Of a stretch of DNA of 64,000 nucleotides, positions 55,856 through 64,000 are shown one piece after another (position 1 is the stretch's first letter; the number at the start of each line of letters is the position of its first letter). The DNA lies in the NCBI GenBank assembly GCA_965232345.1, contig OZ246969.1:523987-587986 (forward strand). Direction: 5' to 3'. A model generated the notes under the pieces. That model saw only the letters and a program-made list of their open reading frames with translations, was not told the DNA's origin and did not search any database. A program made the position numbers and the translations under genes. The DNA is from Arenicellales bacterium. Its GTDB lineage: Bacteria; Pseudomonadota; Gammaproteobacteria; Arenicellales; JAJDZL01.

Positions 55856-56614
55856 ATGTTCACCTTGATTTATCGCCTCATTGTTCAACGCGTAAAAGAA
55901 TATAAGACAAAACGCTCAGCAAGAAAGGAAAGTCAGTCAAAAAATCCAACGCGCACGCGGGGCTCGGCGGCAAGAATCTGGGCGATTGGCGGCGCGGTTT
56001 TTCTCGCTTCCGCGATCGCTGTCTTTTTCATATTCCGCACCGGTCTGAACTTGCCGATTCTCAAGGTTGACCAGAATCATGCACAGCTGGATATTCGTGT
56101 TGACTCCATCGATGCACCGCCGATGGTGCTGTATCTGATGCCGTGGCCGCCGCCGCTGACACCGGTTCCAGAAAGCGACGCTGTCAGTCAGATTGTGATC
56201 AGGAACAGCCAGTTCATTCCTGGGTTTCAATTGATTGAAGCGGGCAGCACGATCGAGATCGTCAACGAGGATCCGATACTGCACAACACGCATCTCAGCG
56301 ACGGACACAACACGGTCTTCAACGTCGCGACCCCGCTCGAGAGCGTTACAGTCCGAAAGACAGTCACAGCGACTGGAATACTGAACGTGCGGTGCGACCT
56401 GCATCCAAACATGTACGGCTGGATATTCGTGCCGCCGAGTCCGCACTTTGCAATTTTGGAAGAGCCGGGACCGATTCTCTGGACCGAGATCAAACCCGGA
56501 AATTATCGGCTGATCGCCTGGCAGACGGAGCAGATCTCCCGACATCGCACCTTGAACCTTCTGCCCGGCAAGAGATACGCAGTCACACACCAAAGAAATG
56601 CGGAGCCGCACTGA
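55856..56614 (+). CDS. membrane-anchored cupredoxin-domain protein (amicyanin/plastocyanin-like)
   Basis: The start is placed at the ATG at 55856, because the track ORF from 55415 runs antisense through cbbQ. It has one TM segment (IWAIGGAVFLASAIAVFFIF). Type-1 Cu ligand pattern: HNTH ... C-DL-H-PN-M (CxxHxxM). Confidence 0.6.
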   Translation: MFTLIYRLIVQRVKEYKTKRSARKESQSKNPTRTRGSAARIWAIGGAVFLASAIAVFFIFRTGLNLPILKVDQNHAQLDIRVDSIDAPPMVLYLMPWPPPLTPVPESDAVSQIVIRNSQFIPGFQLIEAGSTIEIVNEDPILHNTHLSDGHNTVFNVATPLESVTVRKTVTATGILNVRCDLHPNMYGWIFVPPSPHFAILEEPGPILWTEIKPGNYRLIAWQTEQISRHRTLNLLPGKRYAVTHQRNAEPH

Positions 56615-56767
56615 AACAGAAATGAATTTTCCTCATGCCGATAGAAATCTGTCAGCAAAGCAAAAGATTAACCGATAAAATAAATTTTTGAGTTGCCGGC
56701 TTCCGATATTAGATTCATTGGCAGCTGACAACGAAAAAATTTCACACATAGCTAGGAGGTTTTGTAT

Positions 56768-58405
56768 ATGAGTGATAAAGAACATCGACATATTGATACT
56801 TTGAAGCGAGAACTGGCAGACGGAAAGATCACTCGCCGTGACTTCCTGCGCTATTCTAGCTTGCTTGGATTGTCGGCGGTGGCTGCCTACAAGTTTGCCG
56901 GCGACATTACAGGCGTCAAATTCATCCCGACTGCGCGGGCGGACATGCCGATGGGCGGCACTCTCCGAGTCTCGATGCGCTGTCCCACAATTGCCGACCC
57001 GCACATTTTCCAATGGGTATACGATTCAAATATCACCCGTCAGGTGGTTGAGTATCTGACCCTGACCGGGCACGATAACGTAACCCGGCCTGGATTGCTG
57101 GAAGGCTGGGAAGCCAGTGATGATCTGATGACCTGGACTCTCCGAATCCGTCCGGAGCTGAAGTGGCACAACGGCCGGGACTTCGTCGCTGAAGACGTTG
57201 CCTGGAACCTGAATCGAGTGCTTGATCCGGCAACCGGCTCGTCGGTGCTGGGATTGATGAAAGGCTATATGATGAACGACGCCGGCGATGGGCTCTGGGA
57301 TGCGAATGCCATTGAAGTCGTTGACGGCAAGACTGTTCAGCTGAACATCAAGGTGCCGCAGATTGCTGTACCGGAGCACATGTTCCATTATCCGCTGCCG
57401 ATGATCGATCCGGAAGAGAACGGTGTGTTCGGCGTCGGGTCCAATGGACAGGGCGCGTTTGAACTGGTTGAATACGTTCAGAACGGCAAAGCGGTGCTGG
57501 CTGCGCGCGATAACTATTACGGCGACGGTCCTCACCTGGACCGAATCGAATTCGTTGACCTGGGAGATGATCCTTCCGCAACGCTTTCGGCTCTGTCATC
57601 CGGACAGGTGCACGGTTCTTATGAAGGCACCATCGCACAGATCGACATCTACCGAGGCATGCCCGGTGTCAACGTGCATGAGGCGACAACCGCCAAGACG
57701 GGTGTTGCCCGCGGTCAGGTCGACACCGCTCCTTTTGATGATCCGAGAGTCCGGCGGGCGCTCAGAGTCGCGGTTGATCCGCCGCGCTGTCTGGAGCTGG
57801 CGCATGCCAACTCAGGCGCGCCCGGTGAGCACCACCATGTCTGCCCGGTGCATCCTGACTATGCGGTGCTACCAGCAATCCAGAGAGATCCGGAAGCGGC
57901 AATGGCGCTGCTCGCCGAAGCCGGTCATCCTGATGGAATCGATGTTGAAATCGCCTGCAAGGGTGATCCGCCTTGGGAGCTTGCCGCCGTGCAGACCATG
58001 GTTGAGCAGTGGAAAGAAGCCAATATTCGCTGTGCGATCAATCTGCTTCCGTCTGCTGACTTCTGGGATGTCTGGGACAAGGTGCCGTTCGGATTCACTT
58101 CGTGGACACATCGTCCGCTTGGCTTCATGGTGCTTGGCCTGGCTTACCGAACAGGTGTGCCGTGGAACGAGTCCCGCTATGCCAATCCTGAGTTCGATGC
58201 GATTCTGACACAGGCTGAGGGAACTTTGGATCTTGAGGAGCGCAGAGCTCTGATCGAGCAGCTGGAAATCATCATGCAGGAGGACGGTCCGATCACGCAG
58301 CCGCTGTGGCGGTCCGTATACTCTGCATGGAGTGACAAGGTTGAAGGCTTCGCACATCACCCAACCAGTTACATTTTCGGTAACACCTTGGGATTGAATG
58401 CATAG
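56768..58405 (+). CDS. ABC transporter substrate-binding protein, family 5 (peptide/nickel type) with Tat-like signal
   Basis: The ATG at 56768 lies 8 nt after AGGAGG. The twin-arginine motif TRRDFLRYSSL is present. The protein has DppA/OppA-like size and sequence. Confidence 0.85.
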   Translation: MSDKEHRHIDTLKRELADGKITRRDFLRYSSLLGLSAVAAYKFAGDITGVKFIPTARADMPMGGTLRVSMRCPTIADPHIFQWVYDSNITRQVVEYLTLTGHDNVTRPGLLEGWEASDDLMTWTLRIRPELKWHNGRDFVAEDVAWNLNRVLDPATGSSVLGLMKGYMMNDAGDGLWDANAIEVVDGKTVQLNIKVPQIAVPEHMFHYPLPMIDPEENGVFGVGSNGQGAFELVEYVQNGKAVLAARDNYYGDGPHLDRIEFVDLGDDPSATLSALSSGQVHGSYEGTIAQIDIYRGMPGVNVHEATTAKTGVARGQVDTAPFDDPRVRRALRVAVDPPRCLELAHANSGAPGEHHHVCPVHPDYAVLPAIQRDPEAAMALLAEAGHPDGIDVEIACKGDPPWELAAVQTMVEQWKEANIRCAINLLPSADFWDVWDKVPFGFTSWTHRPLGFMVLGLAYRTGVPWNESRYANPEFDAILTQAEGTLDLEERRALIEQLEIIMQEDGPITQPLWRSVYSAWSDKVEGFAHHPTSYIFGNTLGLNA

Positions 58406-58425
58406 CTGACTGCCATTCAACAGAG

Positions 58426-58457
58426 AAAAGGGCTTTCCAGTGGAAAGCCCTTTTTTT
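58426..58457. terminator. bidirectional intrinsic terminator between convergent genes
   Basis: Perfect 13-bp stem AAAAGGGCTTTCC-agt-GGAAAGCCCTTTT followed by further T residues, flanked by an A-run and a T-run. Confidence 0.85.
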
Positions 58458-58478
58458 CGAAGTGAGAAACTCTATCCG

Positions 58479-60572
58479 CTATGCGTTCACAGCTGCCGGC
58501 ACCTCAATGACCGGCTCAACCTGACGCAGCTCATCCAGGGGAATGTGACAGGCCAGATGATGGCTGTCGGAATCGGACTGCACCGGCGGCCGCTCCTCCT
58601 CACAGATCTTGCCGATCTTCCGAGGGCAGCGGGTCTCGAACGGACAGCCCTTGGGCGGGTCCAGAACACTGGGCAGATTCCCCTCCAGCACAATCTCCCG
58701 CTTCGACACATCCGGGTCTGCGATCGGCACTGCGGACAGCAGCGCTTCTGTATAGGGATGATAAGGCGGCTGAAACACCTCTCGGGTCAGCCCCTGCTCC
58801 ATCACCTGACCCAGATACATCACCAGAATGCGATCCGACAGATAGCGGACAATGCTCAGATCGTGGCTGATGAACAGCAATGTCATTTTTCGCTCGCGCT
58901 GCAGATCCATCAGAAGTTCAGTGATCGCCGCAGCGACGGATACATCAAGCGCTGAAACCGGCTCGTCCGCAATGATCATGGATGGCTGTCCGGCGAATGC
59001 GCGCGCAATGCCGATCCTCTGCTTCTGTCCGCCGGACAGCTGGCGCGGCCGGCGATAGTAGAAATCCCGCGGCAGCTTGACAACATCAAGCAGCGACATC
59101 ACCATGTTCCGAACTTTCTGCCGGTTCTTCTCGACACCGAACTTTGTGATCGCGCGGGCGATCTGCTGCCCTACCGTGTGGCTCGGATTCAGGGTGTCAC
59201 TCGGATTCTGAAAAACCATCTGCATCGAGGCCAGCTGCGCGCTTGACCGCGCGTGAACCGACACATCCTGAATGGGCTCGCCGTTCAGATAAATCTCACC
59301 GCCGGTCGCGGTCTCCAGTCCCAGCAGCACCTTTGCAAGCGTCGATTTGCCGCAGCCGGACTCTCCGACAATCGCCAGAGTCTCAGACTCGTGCGCCTCA
59401 AAATCTATTTTCTCGTTTGCTTTCACCAGCTTGACACTCGTCCCGCTCATGACGGCCTTGAGCGATCGATCATGCAGCGTGTAGTACTTCTGCATGTCAG
59501 AAACCTTGAGCACCTCGTGGCCGATGCCAGCCGCTTCTTTGGACTGGTCAGCCTGAGCGCTCTCCTGCTCGATCTCAGTCCACCGCACACAGCGCACCCG
59601 ATGATTCGCACCCGCCTCGTCCGGCACATCCTCCATGTGAATGTCGTGCTGATCGCAGACACCGGCGGTAAAATGATCGCAGCGCGGCCCGAAGTTGCAG
59701 CCGTGCGGACGTTCGTGCGGCAGAGGCAGCTGTCCTCGAATCGGTGTCAGCGGCGCCGCAGTCTTGTCGGCAGTCGGCAATGCAATGCAGCCGAAGAGCC
59801 CGTGCGTATAGGGGTGCCGCGGCGCATGAAACAACGGCTTGATGCGCCCTTCCTCGACAACCTCACCGGAATACATCACGAACACCCGGTCGCAAGTCTC
59901 CAGAATCAGTCCAAGATTGTGGGATATGTAAATCTGCGAGGTGCCGAACTTCTTGCTGATGTTCGCGATGAGCTTGACAATTCCCGCCTCGACGGTCACA
60001 TCCAGCGCGGTTGTCGGCTCATCAAGCAGCAGCAGATCAGGGTTGGACAGCAGTCCCATCGCAATGACCACCCGCTGCTGCTGGCCACCCGACAGCTGAT
60101 GCGGGTAGGAATTAAGGACCCGCTCCGGGTCTGGAATGTTGACATCGGTCAGAATCTGCCTGGCCCTTTCGCGCGCTTCCTTCTCGTCGATGTCCTCGTG
60201 AGCCAGCGGCACCTCCATCAGCTGCTGATCGATCCGCATGCTTGGATTCAGCGCGGCGAAAGGCTCCTGATAGATCATGGAAATCTCTTTGCCGCGAATC
60301 TGCCGCAGCTCCTCCTCACTGAGTCTGGTGAGATCGCGGCCCTTGAACTCGATCGTTCCCTTCTTCACGCCGCCGTTATGGCCCATGTACTGCATGATCG
60401 CCATTGCGACGGTCGATTTTCCGCAACCTGACTCGCCGACCAGGCCGATCGTCTCGCCTCGCTTGACTTCAAGCGAAAAATCCACCACCGCGGGAATCTC
60501 TCCGGCGCGGGTGTAGTATGAGATATCCAGATTCTGGATATTCAGTACAACTTCATCCGAGCGTTCATTCAT
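58479..60572 (-). CDS. ABC transporter ATP-binding protein, fused duplicated ATPase (DppD/DppF-like)
   Basis: 697-aa ORF with two complete cassettes: GESGCGKST / LSGGQQQR / LLLDEPTTALD and GESGCGKST / LSGGQKQR / IIADEPVSALD. Confidence 0.85.
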   Translation of the reverse strand: MNERSDEVVLNIQNLDISYYTRAGEIPAVVDFSLEVKRGETIGLVGESGCGKSTVAMAIMQYMGHNGGVKKGTIEFKGRDLTRLSEEELRQIRGKEISMIYQEPFAALNPSMRIDQQLMEVPLAHEDIDEKEARERARQILTDVNIPDPERVLNSYPHQLSGGQQQRVVIAMGLLSNPDLLLLDEPTTALDVTVEAGIVKLIANISKKFGTSQIYISHNLGLILETCDRVFVMYSGEVVEEGRIKPLFHAPRHPYTHGLFGCIALPTADKTAAPLTPIRGQLPLPHERPHGCNFGPRCDHFTAGVCDQHDIHMEDVPDEAGANHRVRCVRWTEIEQESAQADQSKEAAGIGHEVLKVSDMQKYYTLHDRSLKAVMSGTSVKLVKANEKIDFEAHESETLAIVGESGCGKSTLAKVLLGLETATGGEIYLNGEPIQDVSVHARSSAQLASMQMVFQNPSDTLNPSHTVGQQIARAITKFGVEKNRQKVRNMVMSLLDVVKLPRDFYYRRPRQLSGGQKQRIGIARAFAGQPSMIIADEPVSALDVSVAAAITELLMDLQRERKMTLLFISHDLSIVRYLSDRILVMYLGQVMEQGLTREVFQPPYHPYTEALLSAVPIADPDVSKREIVLEGNLPSVLDPPKGCPFETRCPRKIGKICEEERPPVQSDSDSHHLACHIPLDELRQVEPVIEVPAAVNA

Positions 60573-60612
60573 CTTAATGATCTGTGTTGTTGATCAGGCA
60601 TCCAGCAATTCA

Positions 60613-61509
60613 TCAGTCACGCAGCGAGATGTCCCGCATTCCGTCAGCCAGAAGATTGAATCCCAGCACCAGCGTTGAGATGGCAATGCAGGGAATGACG
60701 GTCATGTGCGGAAAAATCAATGCCATCTGCCGCGTCTCATTGATCATCCCGCCCCAGTCCGGATCAGGGGGCGGCAGACCAAGCCCCAGGAATCCGAGCA
60801 CGCCGATGTTGATGATGACATAGCCCATTCTCAGGCAGGCGTCGACGATCAGCGGGCCGCGCGCATTGGGCAGTATCTCAATCAGCATGATCCGCCAGGC
60901 TGACTCGCCGCGGGTCTGCGCGGCGCCGACATAGTCGCGGTTTCGAAGGTCCAGAACCAGACCGCGGACAATTCGCATGATCGCCGGGCCGCTGGCGAAG
61001 ACAATCGCGATGACAATGTTCACTCCCGATGCGCCGACTGTCGAGATGATGATGATGTAGAGCACCAGCACCGGAAACGACAGGATCATATCACCGATTC
61101 TTGAAAGCACATCATCGACCCAGCCCCGATAGTAGCCCGCAACCAGACCCATCAGAATGCCCAGGACATAAGCGCAGATTGTTGCCAATGGCGCATAGAA
61201 CAGCACAGTTCTTGAGCCCCAGATGATTCTTGACAGAATGTCTCTGCCGATGTGGTCCGTCCCCAGCCAGAATGTCCCGCCATCCGGATTGACTGCGCCG
61301 GGCTTCATGAATGGAACCAAAGTCGCGTTGGGTTCGAAGGGTGAGATGAGTGGAGCGAATATCGCCACCAGCACCCAGAATGCCACCAGGATGGCGCCGA
61401 TCAGCCCGGCCGGACTCTCGCGCAGGAGCCCGATCGCTGTGATGATCCGGCGTACGCCGCCAACCGGATTCTTGGGCTCAGTTACTGAATTTGCTGTTGC
61501 TTCCGCCAT
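60613..61509 (-). CDS. ABC transporter permease (DppC/OppC-like)
   Basis: 298-aa multi-TM ORF with a binding-protein-dependent permease signature (AAQTRGESAWRIMLIEILPN). Confidence 0.85.
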   Translation of the reverse strand: MAEATANSVTEPKNPVGGVRRIITAIGLLRESPAGLIGAILVAFWVLVAIFAPLISPFEPNATLVPFMKPGAVNPDGGTFWLGTDHIGRDILSRIIWGSRTVLFYAPLATICAYVLGILMGLVAGYYRGWVDDVLSRIGDMILSFPVLVLYIIIISTVGASGVNIVIAIVFASGPAIMRIVRGLVLDLRNRDYVGAAQTRGESAWRIMLIEILPNARGPLIVDACLRMGYVIINIGVLGFLGLGLPPPDPDWGGMINETRQMALIFPHMTVIPCIAISTLVLGFNLLADGMRDISLRD

Positions 61510-61523
61510 AACTCAATGCCAGA

Positions 61524-62456
61524 TCAGTTGAATCTGATTCTTGGATTCAGCAGTGTGTACGCGATATCCGAGAAAACCTGAGTCAGCACCACAACGAACA
61601 CAGCCACCATGGTGCAGGCTTCAATCAGATAGATATCCTGTCGCAGTGCGGCTTCCAGCAGCAGCGCCCCGAAACCCTTGTAGGCGTAGAAGAACTCCAC
61701 CACAATGACACCGGAAAGAAGCCAGTTGATCTGCAGCATCAGCACTGTGAACGGGGCGATCAATGCGTTTCTGAGCGCGTGCTTCAGAATGACCTGCCGA
61801 TAGGGCAGCCCCTTCAGCACTGCGGTGCGCACATAATGGGTTGTCATGACCTCGGCCATCGAGGCGCGTGTCATTCGGGTGACGTAGCCGAAGTCATAGA
61901 CCAGCAGGACCAGAACGGGCAGAACCAGCTGCTTCCAGTCGAAGCCGTCGAACATGCTGCTGGTTCCGGGCAGCCACTGCAGGGAAAAAACGAAAAGGCC
62001 GGAGAAGAATACAGTGCTGGCAAACTCGGGAACCGAAGTTGTCAGAATGCTGACTACGGAAATCGTCCGATCCAGCTTTGAGCCTTCTCGCATGCCGGAC
62101 AGAATTCCGAGCACCAGTGAGACCGGCACCAGGAAGACGAACACCCAGAATGCCAGAATGGTGGTGTTCCAAAGCCGCGGCCAAAGGACATCGGCAACCG
62201 GTATCTTGTAGATGGTTGATGTGCCGAAATCTCCTGTTATGAAATTGCCCAGCCAGATCACGTAGCGTTTGTAGACCGGTTCGAAGTAGCCGTTCCTCTC
62301 CAGCCAGATCTGCCGCTGATCCTCGGTGCTGAACTGCCCCAGCACCTTGATCGCGATAGTCTCGACATCGATCTCCAGCAGCAGGAACAGAATGAGGGAC
62401 ACTGCGAACATCGTCAGCAGCATCATCAGAAGTCGCTTGGCAATCAGGATCGCCAT
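61524..62456 (-). CDS. ABC transporter permease (DppB/OppB-like)
   Basis: 310-aa multi-TM ORF with the typical N-terminus MAILIAKRLL and a YVRTAVLKGL motif. Confidence 0.85.
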   Translation of the reverse strand: MAILIAKRLLMMLLTMFAVSLILFLLLEIDVETIAIKVLGQFSTEDQRQIWLERNGYFEPVYKRYVIWLGNFITGDFGTSTIYKIPVADVLWPRLWNTTILAFWVFVFLVPVSLVLGILSGMREGSKLDRTISVVSILTTSVPEFASTVFFSGLFVFSLQWLPGTSSMFDGFDWKQLVLPVLVLLVYDFGYVTRMTRASMAEVMTTHYVRTAVLKGLPYRQVILKHALRNALIAPFTVLMLQINWLLSGVIVVEFFYAYKGFGALLLEAALRQDIYLIEACTMVAVFVVVLTQVFSDIAYTLLNPRIRFN

Positions 62457-62542
62457 GATCTACCAGCAATGTGCCATTTTGCTCTCTTCTCTAAATCGGT
62501 GTCGATTGCAGGCTGCAAAGCGGGACTTCAAGCGCTTGAAAT

Positions 62543-64000
62543 TCATGCGATTGCCGCGGCTCTTCTCGCAAGCAGGCTGTCAAGCCAGTCCGGATCCATT
62601 TCGGGAACTGAACTCAGCAACAGTTCAGTATACTCGTGATGCGGCGGTGTCAGCACCTCATCCTTCGGCCCGTGCTCGACGATTCGCCCCTGCAGCATGA
62701 CGACTATCTCGTCCGCAATGGCCTTGACCGTCGCGAGATCATGGGTGATGAACAGATACGTCATCTTGAGATCCTTCTGCAGCCGGTCCAGCAGCTTCAG
62801 AATCTCTTCAGCAACCAGCTGGTCAAGCGCCGAGGTCACTTCGTCGCAGATGATCACCACCGGTTCAGCCGCCAGCGCTCTGGCGATGCACACGCGCTGC
62901 TTCTGCCCGCCGGACAGTTCCGGTGAGAAACGATCGATGTAGTTCGTCGGCAATTCGATCATCTCCAGCAGTTCCTTGACGCGCCGATCGCGCTCACCGC
63001 CATCCAAACCAAAGTAGAATCCGAGCGGACGGCCGATCACCTCGCGCACTTTCTGTCTGGGATTCAGCGCGACATCAGGCATCTGGTAGATCATCTGAAT
63101 CTGTCTCAGCTGATCCTTGGAGCGGTCCTTGTAGGATGCCGGCAACTCACTGCCCTGATACCTGACGCCTCCCTGCATGGGCGGCAGCAATCCGGTGATT
63201 GCCCTGGCCAGAGTGCTCTTGCCGCTTCCCGACTCGCCAACCACCGCGACAGTGCGGCAGCGCTCAATCGAAAGATTGATGTCCTCGAGCACTTTCACCC
63301 CGCCGCCATAGGCGGCATGCAGATCGCTGACCTCGATCAGAGAGTGCTCATCCGCATCTGCAGCATCGGGATTCTTGGTGAAGGTGCGGACCGCCAGCAG
63401 ATCGCGCGTGTACTGCTCTTTGGGATTCTCGAGCATCTCGCGGGTGCCTGACTCCTCAACCAGATCACCGTAGCGAAGCACCATGATGCGATCGGCCAAT
63501 TGAACAACAACCGCTAAATCATGAGTGATATAGATCGCGGCGGTATTGAACTGTGTGACAACATCCTTGATCGCGGCCAGAACCTCGATCTGAGTTGTGA
63601 CATCAAGCGCGGTCGTCGGCTCGTCGAACACGATCATGTCAGGCTCGCACGACATTGCCATCGCCACCATCGCGCGCTGCAGCTGGCCGCCGGAGACCTG
63701 ATGCGGATAGCGGTTGCCGATATTGTCCGGGTCCGGCAGCTCCAGCCGCGCATAGATAATCCGAGCGTTCTTGGCAGCCTGCTGATACTTGAGCACCCCA
63801 TGCTGAACCGGAGTCTCGGTGTACTGCTCAATCAGTGTATGCGCCGGATTGAACGACGCCGCGGCGCTTTGCGCCACATAAGAAATTCGGTCCCCGCGGA
63901 CATTCCTGATCTGCTCCGGGGTTTGATTCAGGATTTGAATGCCGTCAAATTCGATCGTGCCGCCGGCGATTCTGCAGCCCGGGCGCGCGTAGCCCATGGT
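62543..64000 (-). CDS. ABC transporter ATP-binding protein, fused duplicated ATPase (5' end outside the window)
   Basis: The first Walker A lies beyond the window edge. Present are VSGGQLQR / IVFDEPTTALD, then a full second cassette GESGSGKST / LSGGQKQR / IICDEVTSALD. Confidence 0.8.
   Translation of the reverse strand, partial: TMGYARPGCRIAGGTIEFDGIQILNQTPEQIRNVRGDRISYVAQSAAASFNPAHTLIEQYTETPVQHGVLKYQQAAKNARIIYARLELPDPDNIGNRYPHQVSGGQLQRAMVAMAMSCEPDMIVFDEPTTALDVTTQIEVLAAIKDVVTQFNTAAIYITHDLAVVVQLADRIMVLRYGDLVEESGTREMLENPKEQYTRDLLAVRTFTKNPDAADADEHSLIEVSDLHAAYGGGVKVLEDINLSIERCRTVAVVGESGSGKSTLARAITGLLPPMQGGVRYQGSELPASYKDRSKDQLRQIQMIYQMPDVALNPRQKVREVIGRPLGFYFGLDGGERDRRVKELLEMIELPTNYIDRFSPELSGGQKQRVCIARALAAEPVVIICDEVTSALDQLVAEEILKLLDRLQKDLKMTYLFITHDLATVKAIADEIVVMLQGRIVEHGPKDEVLTPPHHEYTELLLSSVPEMDPDWLDSLLARRAAAIA

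Noticed and set aside
1-64000. A window-wide look for CRISPR arrays, rRNA or tRNA genes, IS elements, integrases and prophage genes.
   Set aside because: The only regularly spaced repeats are coding (ankyrin units, pentapeptides, Uma2 paralogs). No ORF resembles a transposase, integrase or Cas protein. No cloverleaf-like or rRNA-like segment was evident in the intergenic regions. A tRNAscan/Infernal run is needed to exclude small RNAs formally.

Overview
This window is a gene-dense bacterial chromosomal segment. Gene content and synteny suggest a proteobacterium, probably a gammaproteobacterium, but that is inference because no rRNA marker is present. All calls come from reading the ORF translations and the DNA by eye; no GC values, identities or database hits were computed.

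Backbone genes: trpG-trpD-trpC plus OsmC-like, PerM-like and radical-SAM genes; pyrE, cca, uppP, a MidA-like methyltransferase, pteridine reductase, folB, plsY and tsaD; a BacNav-type voltage-gated channel directly downstream of trpE; rpe, a DegP/HtrA protease, an AddA/AddB-like helicase-nuclease pair, hemH, nadA, nickel superoxide dismutase sodN and lipA; an AapJQMP-type amino-acid ABC transporter, a Cys-type sulfatase, and a peptide/nickel-type ABC transporter at the right edge.

Three accessory patches interrupt this backbone:
1. An AT-rich single-gene island (about 5.3-7.3 kb) between trpG and pyrE. Its 428-aa protein carries a HEPN-type RNxxxH motif (ApeA-like candidate).
2. An AT-rich island of about 6.4 kb (19.9-26.3 kb) between the HtrA gene and the AddA-like gene. 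It encodes a Type III-like restriction-modification module in non-canonical order (res then mod, GTGA overlap) plus a second, alpha-order SPPY methyltransferase.
3. A heterogeneous block (42.8-56.6 kb). It contains a decayed cbbQ/cbbO (norQ/norD-like) remnant, a near-consensus promoter with a G9 tract in its spacer, three secreted pentapeptide-repeat proteins and a secreted ankyrin-repeat protein. The ankyrin gene is bracketed by about 119-bp direct repeats with terminal inverted repeats. The block continues with an SSF transporter, three tandem Uma2-family endonuclease paralogs with a mosaic identity pattern, and an intact CbbQ-CbbO pair. That pair is co-oriented with an exported cyanophycinase-like protein that appears to have lost its catalytic Ser and Glu, and it sits next to an amicyanin-like cupredoxin.

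I recognised no rRNA, tRNA, CRISPR array, integrase or transposase.
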